The translations under genes and the position numbers were made by a program. Of a stretch of 64,000 nucleotides of DNA, positions 30,367 to 44,726 are shown piece after piece; the first letter of the stretch is position 1; each line of letters begins with the position of its first letter. The notes under the pieces were generated by a model that saw nothing but the letters and a program-made list of their open reading frames with translations, was not told where the DNA came from and searched no databases. The stretch is from Macrostomum lignano (lineage: Eukaryota): assembly GCA_002269645.1 (NCBI GenBank), contig NIVC01002743.1:27062-91061 (forward strand), in the 5' to 3' direction.

Positions 30367-30407
30367 AAACCGATATTTCGGCCCAGACTGGGCCTTCGTC
30401 AGGGTTT
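30367..30407 (-). ncRNA. Minimal type I hammerhead ribozyme motif, copy 1
   Basis: Minus strand reads AAACC-CUGACGA-A-GGCCCAGUCUGGGCC-GAAA-UAUC/GGUUU. This gives stem I AAACC/GGUUU, the conserved core CUGANGA and GAAA, stem II GGCCC/GGGCC, a palindromic AUAU minimal stem III and an AUC cleavage triplet. Confidence 0.82.
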
Positions 30408-31982
30408 ATTTATTCGGGTTTAAAAACAAATATATTGGCAGTGAAGTTATTGTAACATAATTTCAATATATATATGCTACTTTTGGGGGTGCACTGAGCA
30501 GTGTTGAGTAAAGATGTGTACGTATAATTAGTTAAAAACGTGAGTTGAAGCACGCTGATTGGTTAAAGATTGGCAGCTTAAAGCCTTGCACAAAAAATAT
30601 TAAAGATGTTAGGTGCTATAGAAAAACAGATTTAGAGCGTAGAAGTGTATGAATAAGCATCTTGAAAAGTTCAACAAATAAGTTATTTACGCCCGTAGAA
30701 TGAGAACAAATATTAAATTAAAACAGAGCACTGAGAACTTTTCAAAAGAAGTGCAAGTAAATAGATGTTATTACATAAACAGTAAATAAATTGAGTCGCC
30801 AGGCAGGCCACTAGTTGCAGTTGGCGGCGTCTGGTCACAGATCGCCGCCTGCACAGCCCCTGGTCACAGGCGACTGGGCACTGCAGATCAGTTGAGGCTA
30901 GATTATCAGTAGTAGTAGCACTAGTAGTTGCAGTAGTAGCTCGTAGTAGTAGTAATGGAAGTAGTAGTAGTACAAGTATTAGTAGAGTAGTAGTAGAGCA
31001 GTCGTAGGCGTAGTCGTAGTAGAGACGTACTGGTAAGCAGTTATTTGAAGTAGCCAGGCAGGCCACTAGTCGCAGTTGGCGGCGTCTGGTCACAGATCGC
31101 CGCCTGCACAGCCCCTGGTCACAGGCGACTGGGCACTGCAGATCAGTTGAGGCTAGATTATCAGTAGTAGTAGCACTAGTAGTTGCAGTAGTAGCTCGTA
31201 GTAGTAGTAATGGAAGTAGTAGTAGTACAAGTATTAGTAGAGTAGTAGTAGAGCAGTCGTAGGCGTAGTCGTAGTAGAGACGTACTGGTAAGCAGTTATT
31301 TGAAGTAGCCAGGCAGGCCACTAGTCGCAGTTGGCGGCGTCTGGTCACAGATCGCCGCCTGCACAGCCCCTGGTCACAGGCGACTGGGCACTGCAGATCA
31401 GTTGAGGCTAGATTATCAGTAGTAGTAGCACTAGTAGTTGCAGTAGTAGCTCGTAGTAGTAGTAATGGAAGTAGTAGTAGTACAAGTATTAGTAGAGTAG
31501 TAGTAGAGCAGTCGTAGGCGTAGTCGTAGTAGAGACGTACTGGTAAGCAGTTATTTGAAGTAGCCAGGCAGGCCACTAGTCGCAGTTGGCGGCGTCTGGT
31601 CACAGATCGCCGCCTGCACAGCCCCTGGTCACAGGCGACTGGGCACTGCGGATCAGTTGAAGCTAGATTTTCAGTAGTAGTAGCACTAGTAGTTGCAGTA
31701 GTAGTAGTAGTGGTAGTAGAGTAGTAGTAGTACAGTCGTAGTCGTAGCCGTAGTCGTAGTAGTGTCGTGCGTCTTAAATATTCAGCTGCAGAAATAGTAC
31801 TCTTGCTTATCCAAGTAGATTTTTGGCGGAGAATAGCTCGTATACGAAGATATTTTGTTGACAAACATGGCGAGCCTCAATAATAGTCCGGTCCTGGGTA
31901 CAGATATTCATAAGGCAGTTTGAAACTGCAAACCACGCACTCGGAAGATATTGAAGGTTACCAGTTGTCGAATGTTCGAAAA

Positions 31983-32022
31983 AAACCGATATTTCGGCCC
32001 AGACTGGCCTTCGTCAGGGTTT
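31983..32022 (-). ncRNA. Minimal type I hammerhead ribozyme motif, copy 2
   Basis: Same motif with one C missing from stem II (GGCC/GGCC still pairs). The deletion may be a long-read indel. Confidence 0.75.
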
Positions 32023-33598
32023 ATTTATTCGGGTTTAAAAACAAATATATTGGCAGTGAAGTTATTGTAACATAATTTCAATATATATATGCTACTTTTG
32101 GGGGTGCACTGAGCAGTGTTGAGTAAAGATGTGTACGTATAATTAGTTAAAAACGTGAGTTGAAGCACGCTGATTGGTTAAAGATTGGCAGCTTAAAGCC
32201 TTGCACAAAAAATATTAAAGATGTTAGGTGCTATAGAAAAACAGATTTAGAGCGTAGAAGTGTATGAATAAGCATCTTGAAAAGTTCAACAAATAAGTTA
32301 TTTACGCCCGTAGAATTGAGAACAAATATTAAATTAAAACAGAGCACTGAGAACTTTTCAAAAAGAAGTGCAAGTAAATAGATGTTATTACATAAACAGT
32401 AAATAAATTGAGTCGCCAGGCAGGCCACTAGTTGCAGTTGGCGGCGTCTGGTCACAGATCGCCGCCTGCACAGCCCCTGGTCACAGGCGACTGGGCACTG
32501 CAGATCAGTTGAGGCTAGATTATCAGTAGTAGTAGCACTAGTAGTTGCAGTAGTAGCTCGTAGTAGTAGTAATGGAAGTAGTAGTAGTACAAGTATTAGT
32601 AGAGTAGTAGTAGAGCAGTCGTAGGCGTAGTCGTAGTAGAGACGTACTGGTAAGCAGTTATTTGAAGTAGCCAGGCAGGCCACTAGTCGCAGTTGGCGGC
32701 GTCTGGTCACAGATCGCCGCCTGCACAGCCCCTGGTCACAGGCGACTGGGCACTGCAGATCAGTTGAGGCTAGATTATCAGTAGTAGTAGCACTAGTAGT
32801 TGCAGTAGTAGCTCGTAGTAGTAGTAATGGAAGTAGTAGTAGTACAAGTATTAGTAGAGTAGTAGTAGAGCAGTCGTAGGCGTAGTCGTAGTAGAGACGT
32901 ACTGGTAAGCAGTTATTTGAAGTAGCCAGGCAGGCCACTAGTCGCAGTTGGCGGCGTCTGGTCACAGATCGCCGCCTGCACAGCCCTGGTCACAGGCGAC
33001 TGGGCACTGCAGATCAGTTGAGGCTAGATTATCAGTAGTAGTAGCACTAGTAGTTGCAGTAGTAGCTCGTAGTAGTAGTAATGGAAGTAGTAGTAGTACA
33101 AGTATTAGTAGAGTAGTAGTAGAGCAGTCGTAGGCGTAGTCGTAGTAGAGACGTACTGGTAAGCAGTTATTTGAAGTAGCCAGGCAGGCCACTAGTCGCA
33201 GTTGGCGGCGTCTGGTCACAGATCGCCGCCTGCACAGCCCCTGGTCACAGGCGACTGGCACTGCGGATCAGTTGAAGCTAGATTTTCAGTAGTAGTAGCA
33301 CTAGTAGTTGCAGTAGTAGTAGTAGTGGTAGTAGAGTAGTAGTAGTACAGTCGTAGTCGTAGCCGTAGTCGTAGTAGTGTCGTGCGTCTTAAATATTCAG
33401 CTGCAGAAATAGTACTCTTGCTTATCCCAAGTAGATTTTTGGCGGAGAATAGCTCGTATACGAAGATATTTTGTTGACAAACATGGCGAGCCTCAATAAT
33501 AGTCCGGTCCTGGGTACAGATATTCATAAGGCAGTTTGAAACTGCAAACCACGCACTCGGAAGATATTGAAGGTTACCAGTTGTCGAATGTTCGAAAA

Positions 33599-33639
33599 AA
33601 ACCGATATTTCGGCCCAGACTGGGCCTTCGTCAGGGTTT
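33599..33639 (-). ncRNA. Minimal type I hammerhead ribozyme motif, copy 3
   Basis: Identical to copy 1. Confidence 0.82.
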
Positions 33640-35217
33640 ATTTATTCGGGTTTAAAAACAAATATATTGGCAGTGAAGTTATTGTAACATAATTTCAATA
33701 TATATATGCTACTTTTGGGGGTGCACTGAGCAGTGTTGAGTAAAGATGTGTACGTATAATTAGTTAAAAACGTGAGTTGAAGCACGCTGATTGGTTAAAG
33801 ATTGGCAGCTTAAAGCCTTGCACAAAAAATATTAAAGATGTTAGGTGCTATAGAAAAACAGATTTAGAGCGTAGAAGTGTATGAATAAGCATCTTGAAAA
33901 GTTCAACAAATAAGTTATTTACGCCCGTAGAATTGAGAACAAATATTAAATTAAAACAGAGCACTGAGAACTTTTCAAAAAGAAGTGCAAGTAAATAGAT
34001 GTTATTACATAAACAGTAAATAAATTGAGTCGCCAGGCAGGCCACTAGTTGCAGTTGGCGGCGTCTGGTCACAGATCGCCGCCTGCACAGCCCCTGGTCA
34101 CAGGCGACTGGGCACTGCAGATCAGTTGAGGCTAGATTATCAGTAGTAGTAGCACTAGTAGTTGCAGTAGTAGCTCGTAGTAGTAGTAATGGAAGTAGTA
34201 GTAGTACAAGTATTAGTAGAGTAGTAGTAGAGCAGTCGTAGGCGTAGTCGTAGTAGAGACGTACTGGTAAGCAGTTATTTGAAGTAGCCAGGCAGGCCAC
34301 TAGTCGCAGTTGGCGGCGTCTGGTCACAGATCGCCGCCTGCACAGCCCCTGGTCACAGGCGACTGGGCACTGCAGATCAGTTGAGGCTAGATTATCAGTA
34401 GTAGTAGCACTAGTAGTTGCAGTAGTAGCTCGTAGTAGTAGTAATGGAAGTAGTAGTAGTACAAGTATTAGTAGAGTAGTAGTAGAGCAGTCGTAGGCGT
34501 AGTCGTAGTAGAGACGTACTGGTAAGCAGTTATTTGAAGTAGCCAGGCAGGCCACTAGTCGCAGTTGGCGGCGTCTGGTCACAGATCGCCGCCTGCACAG
34601 CCCCTGGTCACAGGCGACTGGGCACTGCAGATCAGTTGAGGCTAGATTATCAGTAGTAGTAGCACTAGTAGTTGCAGTAGTAGCTCGTAGTAGTAGTAAT
34701 GGAAGTAGTAGTAGTACAAGTATTAGTAGAGTAGTAGTAGAGCAGTCGTAGGCGTAGTCGTAGTAGAGACGTACTGGTAAGCAGTTATTTGAAGTAGCCA
34801 GGCAGGCCACTAGTCGCAGTTGGCGGCGTCTGGTCACAGATCGCCGCCTGCACAGCCCCTGGTCACAGGCGACTGGGCACTGCGGATCAGTTGAAGCTAG
34901 ATTTTCAGTAGTAGTAGCACTAGTAGTTGCAGTAGTAGTAGTAGTGGTAGTAGAGTAGTAGTAGTACAGTCGTAGTCGTAGCCGTAGTCGTAGTAGTGTC
35001 GTGCGTCTTAAATATTCAGCTGCAGAAATAGTACTCTTGCTTATCCCAAGTAGATTTTTGGCGGAGAATAGCTCGTATACGAAGATATTTTGTTGACAAA
35101 CATGGCGAGCCTCAATAATAGTCCGGTCCTGGGTACAGATATTCATAAGGCAGTTTGAAACTGCAAACCACGCACTCGGAAGATATTGAAGGTTACCAGT
35201 TGTCGAATGTTCGAAAA

Positions 35218-35258
35218 AAACCGATATTTCGGCCCAGACTGGGCCTTCGTCAGGGTTT
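35218..35258 (-). ncRNA. Minimal type I hammerhead ribozyme motif, copy 4
   Basis: Identical to copy 1. Confidence 0.82.
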
Positions 35259-35954
35259 ATTTATTCGGGTTTAAAAACAAATATATTGGCAGTGAAGTTA
35301 TTGTAACATAATTTCAATATATATATGCTACTTTTGGGGGTGCACTGAGCAGTGTTGAGTAAAGATGTGTACGTATAATTAGTTAAAAACGTGAGTTGAA
35401 GCACGCTGATTGGTTAAAGATTGGCAGCTTAAAGCCTTGCACAAAAAATATTAAAGATGTTAGGTGCTATAGAAAAACAGATTTAGAGCGTAGAAGTGTA
35501 TGAATAAGCATCTTGAAAAGTTCAACAAATAAGTTATTTACGCCCGTAGAATTGAGAACAAATATTAAATTAAAACAGAGCACTGAGAACTTTTCAAAAA
35601 GAAGTGCAAGTAAATAGATGTTATTACATAAACAGTAAATAAATTGAGTCGCCAGGCAGGCCACTAGTTGCAGTTGGCGGCGTCTGGTCACAGATCGCCG
35701 CCTGCACAGCCCCTGGTCACAGGCGACTGGGCACTGCAGATCAGTTGAGGCTAGATTATCAGTAGTAGTAGCACTAGTAGTTGCAGTAGTAGCTCGTAGT
35801 AGTAGTAATGGAAGTAGTAGTAGTACAAGTATTAGTAGAGTAGTAGTAGAGCAGTCGTAGGCGTAGTCGTAGTAGAGACGTACTGGTAAGCAGTTATTTG
35901 AAGTAGCCAGGCAGGCCACTAGTCGCAGTTGGCGGCGTCTGGTCACAGGTTTAA

Positions 35955-39738
<3,784 letters not shown>

Positions 39739-39750
39739 GGATTCTTTCAC

Positions 39751-41512
39751 CTGAACTCCGTCTTGATGCGCTCGGCCGCTCGTTGGCTGAAGCTCAGCGT
39801 GAACAGAATCTCCAGGCCCTCCTGTACGTCCTGAGCCTCCGGGCTGTCCAGCATCAGCTTGACTACAGACAGCACGTTCAGCTCCACCAGCAGGTCTTTG
39901 TTCGCGTCGTTTAAGGCCAGCCGGTTGATGCCTTGAGTGAATAAGACAGTTTTGCTTGACCTGGGTGCTTGTATTCTTCCGGTATCTGCAGTTCTATCTG
40001 CCATCGACTTCACTCTACCCTTTTAAACTATTCTCTTAATTCCGTGAGACCTTTTCACTTCAACTCTCGATTCTATTCTACCCCTGATGCTGTTCTGAGC
40101 TGTCCAGCGATTCACTCGCATGAGAGCCAACCCTAAGCACAGAGAGTGAACGTGCCTGACGATTAGAAAGTCTTGGCCCGCTGTACACCCAGTGCGAAGT
40201 GTATGGAAGACCATATCACCGAAGGCCTATTATTATAGTACTCAACACGCCAGCGTCCCAAGCACCCCCAGCTCACACTTGGACATCTCCGCCACCGAGT
40301 AGCCGTCGCAGGCCCGCTCCGGAGCCTTCAGTCCCAGCCGCAGGATGCTGATCAGGTAGTTGATGCTTTTCTTGGCGCCCAGAAAGATCTCAGCCTGACT
40401 GTCGCCAACCGCGAATGCGATAAATATCAAAGCGGTAGCCTGCGGGCGCGCGGTTTTGGGGTTCAGTGCGCCTGATCGGTACTACTCGCAGTAGGAAGGA
40501 AGGGAGGGGGGAGGGAGGAAGGGAGAGGGGAGGAAGGGAGAGGGGAGGAAGGAAGGGAGGGGGAGGGAGGAAGGGAGGGGGGAGGGAGGAAGGGAGAGGG
40601 GAGGAAGGAAGGGAGAGGGGAGGTAGGAAGGGAGAGGGGAGGTAGGAAGGGAGGGGGGAGGAAGGTAGGGAGAGGGGAGGTAGGAAGGGAGGGGTGAGGA
40701 AGGAAGGGAGAGGGGAGGAAGGGAGAGGGGAGGAAGGAAGGGAGAGGGGAGGAAGGAGATATGGAGGGCAAATGAAGGAAAGGTTAGGAATAAACCGACA
40801 GCAGGTGAGAGGAATGAAAATGAAAGAGAATGAACACAAAGAGCAACTAAAAGGTCTGAGCGGTGCTCACCGACACCCTGGTGACAGGGCTGACCAGGTA
40901 GGGCTTGGCGCTGTCCACCATGCCGGGGAACTCAGCCAGCCTTCGGTACAGCTCGGAGTCATTCTTAAAGTACATGTTGTAGCCGATTCCGAGAGCGCAC
41001 TCGACCAGGGAGGCCGTGTTCAACTCCAGCATCTGGCCTCCGTCCTGCGCGTTGAGCAGGTCGGGAAAATATGAGCGAAAGAATTTGTCCTGGCTTTTGG
41101 CGAATTGCAGGCAAAACTCCAGCGACCTGTCCGTGCAGTTGAGCAGGCAGAGCAGGACTCGAACTGCCAGATCGTCGTAAGCGCCTCTCAAGCGGAGCAG
41201 CGTCAGCAGCAGGTCCACCAGGCTGGTCACCAGGCCGGAGTCCAGCATCTCCTGCTCGACAGTCCGCAGGTCGGCCTTCAGCTCCGGCTTCCACTTGGTG
41301 CCGTGCGAGCTCATCATCCAGTTGAGCTGGCTGAAACTGCGCGACAGTCGGCCAGCGGCGCCAGCATCCGCAGCGCCATCAGGCGCCGCAACGAAGGCAG
41401 CCAGGTCGGAGCCGATCTCCGACAGGCACCGGCGGCAGGCCTCCAGCGAGAAGTCCGGCTCGCTATGGGCTGCGGCCGCAGCCTTGGAGACGGCCTTGGA
41501 GCGGCGCTGCAT
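39751..41512 (-). CDS. ARM/HEAT-like repeat protein (resembles the N-terminal part of invertebrate ARM-TIR proteins); 3' exons not found
   Basis: Exon 41512-40871 (ATG CAG CGC, donor GTGAGC, phase 0), exon 40439-40277 (ATALIFIAF...EMSK, phase 1) and exon 39931-39751 (CINRLALNDANKDLLVELNVLSVVKLMLDSPEAQDVQEGLEILFTLSF, donor GTGAAA at 39750, phase 2). All phases join correctly. The product is helical and Leu-rich. Confidence 0.7.
40493..40760. repeat. GA-rich minisatellite in ARM-gene intron 1
   Basis: GGAAGGGAGAGGGGA-type units. Confidence 0.9.
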
Positions 41513-41928
41513 GACAGTCAGTTTGGCTGAGCTCACTGCTCTCTGTGCATGGAGTGCCAAGAGTGCGGCTCCGGAGCTAAAGTAGCAGCTCACTTGTTCA
41601 GCTTGCCGCTCTCTCGCCCAGCAGCTTAGAGCAGTGCTCACAGGGGGCAGGGGTGTACGCACAGGCTCTGCGTACACTGTGAGCAGTCCAGTGCTATCTA
41701 TCACCTATTTGTTGCTGAAAGGAATTCTTTTCAGTGTACACTGCAGTTTAGAAGCAGCCCTATACTCGCATGCTATCCACGCCGTACAATCGCTTCGTTG
41801 TCATGACTACCTGCATCGCTTGAAAAGCAGGCAATGTACAATCCGAGGATAGGAGTAGGTCGTGAGACTCTACTTATAGTAGGCCAGTATGGCGTACAGT
41901 ACACGTCGTCAATCTAGTATTGCGTCCT

Positions 41929-43075
41929 CAAAGTGGACACTTCTCAAAGCAGACACTTCTCAAAGCGGACACTTCTCCAAAGCAACCACTTGTCAAAGCA
42001 GACAATTATCAAAGCAGACAATTGTCAAAGCAGACAATTATCAAAGCAGACACTTCTCAAAGCGGACACTTCTCAAAGCGGACGCTTCTCAAAGCGGACA
42101 CTTCTCTAAAGCAGACAATTGTCAAAGCAGACACTTCTCAAAGCAACCACTTCCCAAAGCAGACAATTGTCAAAGCAGACACCTCTCAAAGCAACCACTT
42201 CCCAAAGCAGACAATTGTCAAAGCAGACACTTCTCAAAGCAGACACTTCTCAAAGCAGACACTTCCCAAAGCAGACAATTGTCAAAGCAGATACTTCTCA
42301 AAGCGGACACTTCTCCAAAGCAACCACTTGTCAAAGCAGACAATTGTCAAAGCAGACAATTGTCAAAGCAGACAATTATCAAAGCGGACGCTTCTCAAAG
42401 CAACCACTTCCCAAAGCAGACAATTGTCAAAGCAGACACTTCTCAAAGCAGACACTTCTCAAAGCAACCACTTCCCAAAGCAGACAATTGTCAAAGCAGA
42501 CACTTCTCAAAGCAGACACTTCTCAAAGCAGACACTTCCCAAAGCAGACAATTGTCAAAGCAGATACTTCTCAAAGCGGACACTTCTCCAAAGCAACCAC
42601 TTGTCAAAGCAGACAATTGTCAAAGCAGACAATTGTCAAAGCAGACAATTATCAAAGCAGACAATTATCAAAGCAACCACTTCCCAAAGCAGACAATTGT
42701 CAAAGCAGACACTTCTCAAAGCGGACACTTCTCAAAGCGGACGCTTCTCAAAGCGGACACTTCTCTAAAGCAACCACTTCCCAAAGCAGACAGTTGTCAA
42801 AGCAGACACTTCTCAAAGCAACCACTTCCCAAAGCAGACAATTGTCAAAGCAGACACTTATCAAAGCGGACACTTCTCCAAAGCAACCACTTCCCAAAGC
42901 AGACAATTGTCAAAGCAGACACTTCTCAAAGCGGACACTTCTCCAAAGCAACCACTTCCCAAAGCAGACAATTGTCAAAGCAGACACTTCTCAAAGCGGA
43001 CACTTCTCCAAAGCAACCACTTCCCAAAGCAGACAATTGTCAAAGCAGACACTAAACAAAGCAGACACTTGTCAA
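41929..43075. repeat. 16-bp minisatellite CAAAGCAGACACTTCT with variants (CAATTGT, CAACCACTTC)
   Basis: About 70 tandem units; source of the KADTSQSRHFSK pseudo-ORFs. Confidence 0.95.
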
Positions 43076-43784
43076 AGATCTAAAGGTTCACACCAGCAAA
43101 TGAATTGCGGCTGGGACTTATACAAGTACAAGAAAAAATGACTAAAGCTGAAGCAGAGCTCACCATTGACATTTTTTGCATTCATAATTTATGAGCAAAG
43201 TCTTTACTCGTCTCTACACGACGAGATAACTGAGAGTTCTCGCAGATATATTCTCGACTACAATACATTTAGCAAGCAATGCACAAGAGAATAACCATTA
43301 TCACTAGGCAGCAAAAACGCAAATTATTTTCTCTAGGTCCTAGTAGAGTTGCCCAGTTACATCGTTCTTTCAAATAATAATCAATCGAAATTTCCAAGGC
43401 AAGCAGACGTGAAACTCTGGATCTACTTGGCTAAAAATCTATGGATGATAAACCGACATGGAGGATTTAATAGCGACTAGAATTAAATCCCAGATCAGGC
43501 TCTGACAGAGGCGGGACTAAATTAGTAATTCATAAATTTAAAAGCATTTGGCAGGACGCTCGTATCTTCGGTTTTCCTAGGGTTCAGTTTAAAAATGTGG
43601 ATCTGAACTTTGGGCTGGGCCAGAATAGCAAATATTAGGTAAAATACGAGTGCAGCGCAGACGCACCTGTACATGTTGAATTGCAGCTCATGTGCAAGTT
43701 GCATTGTACCCGCACTGATTCTATTTCCACATAGAAACATCACAGATCGGAAAAAAGCGTGCAACTGACAGGCAGACAGGCCAT

Positions 43785-43943
43785 ACAGACAGACAGACAG
43801 ATAGGCAGATGCAGGCTTGAAATGAGGAGACACTGAGACAGATAGAGATTTAACTGGTAGGCACAGGCATCAGACAGACCGACAGACAGACAGACAGACA
43901 GACGGACACTAAGACAGACAGACAGACAGACAGACGGACACTA

Positions 43944-43983
<40 letters not shown>

Positions 43984-44023
43984 GGACACTAAGACAGACA
44001 GACAGACAGACAGACGGACACTA

Positions 44024-44055
<32 letters not shown>

Positions 44056-44063
44056 GGACACTA

Positions 44064-44103
<40 letters not shown>

Positions 44104-44111
44104 GGACACTA

Positions 44112-44151
<40 letters not shown>

Positions 44152-44195
44152 GGACACTAAGACAGACAGACAGACAGACAGACAGACGGACACTA

Positions 44196-44236
<41 letters not shown>

Positions 44237-44289
44237 CTAAGACAGACAGACAGACAGACAGACAGACACACAGACAGACAGACAGCAGG

Positions 44290-44323
<34 letters not shown>

Positions 44324-44350
44324 CACAGACAGACAGACAGACAGACAGAA

Positions 44351-44399
<49 letters not shown>

Positions 44400-44416
44400 C
44401 ACAGACAGACAGACAC

Positions 44417-44447
<31 letters not shown>

Positions 44448-44510
44448 GGCAGGCAGACAGAGAGACAGACAGAGACAGACAGACAGACAGAAAGACAGAC
44501 AGACAGACAC

Positions 44511-44545
<35 letters not shown>

Positions 44546-44554
44546 CACAGACAC

Positions 44555-44601
<47 letters not shown>

Positions 44602-44630
44602 CACAGACACACAGACAGACAGACAGCAGG
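43785..44630. repeat. (CAGA)n microsatellite with variants
   Basis: Lies just downstream of the DNAJB12 stop. Confidence 0.95.
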
Positions 44631-44726
44631 CAGCAGATAGGCGCGCATTGCACTATAATAGCGGTACAAAATTCGTGCTCGGGAGAGGGCAGAGCTCAGA
44701 GAGAAGGGCGGGCGGCCCAAAGACAG

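Larger units (their letters stand above)
29300..35948 (-). mobile_element. Tandem array of ~1.62-kb units (about 4), each with nested 240-bp subunits and one hammerhead; Penelope-like or retrozyme-like satellite
   Basis: The ribozyme motifs recur at spacings of 1616, 1616 and 1619 bp and the units are nearly identical. Each unit has several (TAG)n-rich 240-bp subunits plus an AT-rich unique part. No RT or endonuclease ORF was seen. Confidence 0.75.

Noticed and set aside
30713-35146. Long minus-strand ORFs (up to 432 aa) through the 240-bp subunits
   Set aside because: They stay open only because the 240-bp unit is a multiple of 3 and (TAC)n-rich. They are broken by indels between copies, and no domain is recognisable.
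41889-43141. Three overlapping 280-390-aa ORFs (KADTSQSRHFSK...)
   Set aside because: All three frames of a 16-bp stop-free minisatellite are open; there is no coding signal.
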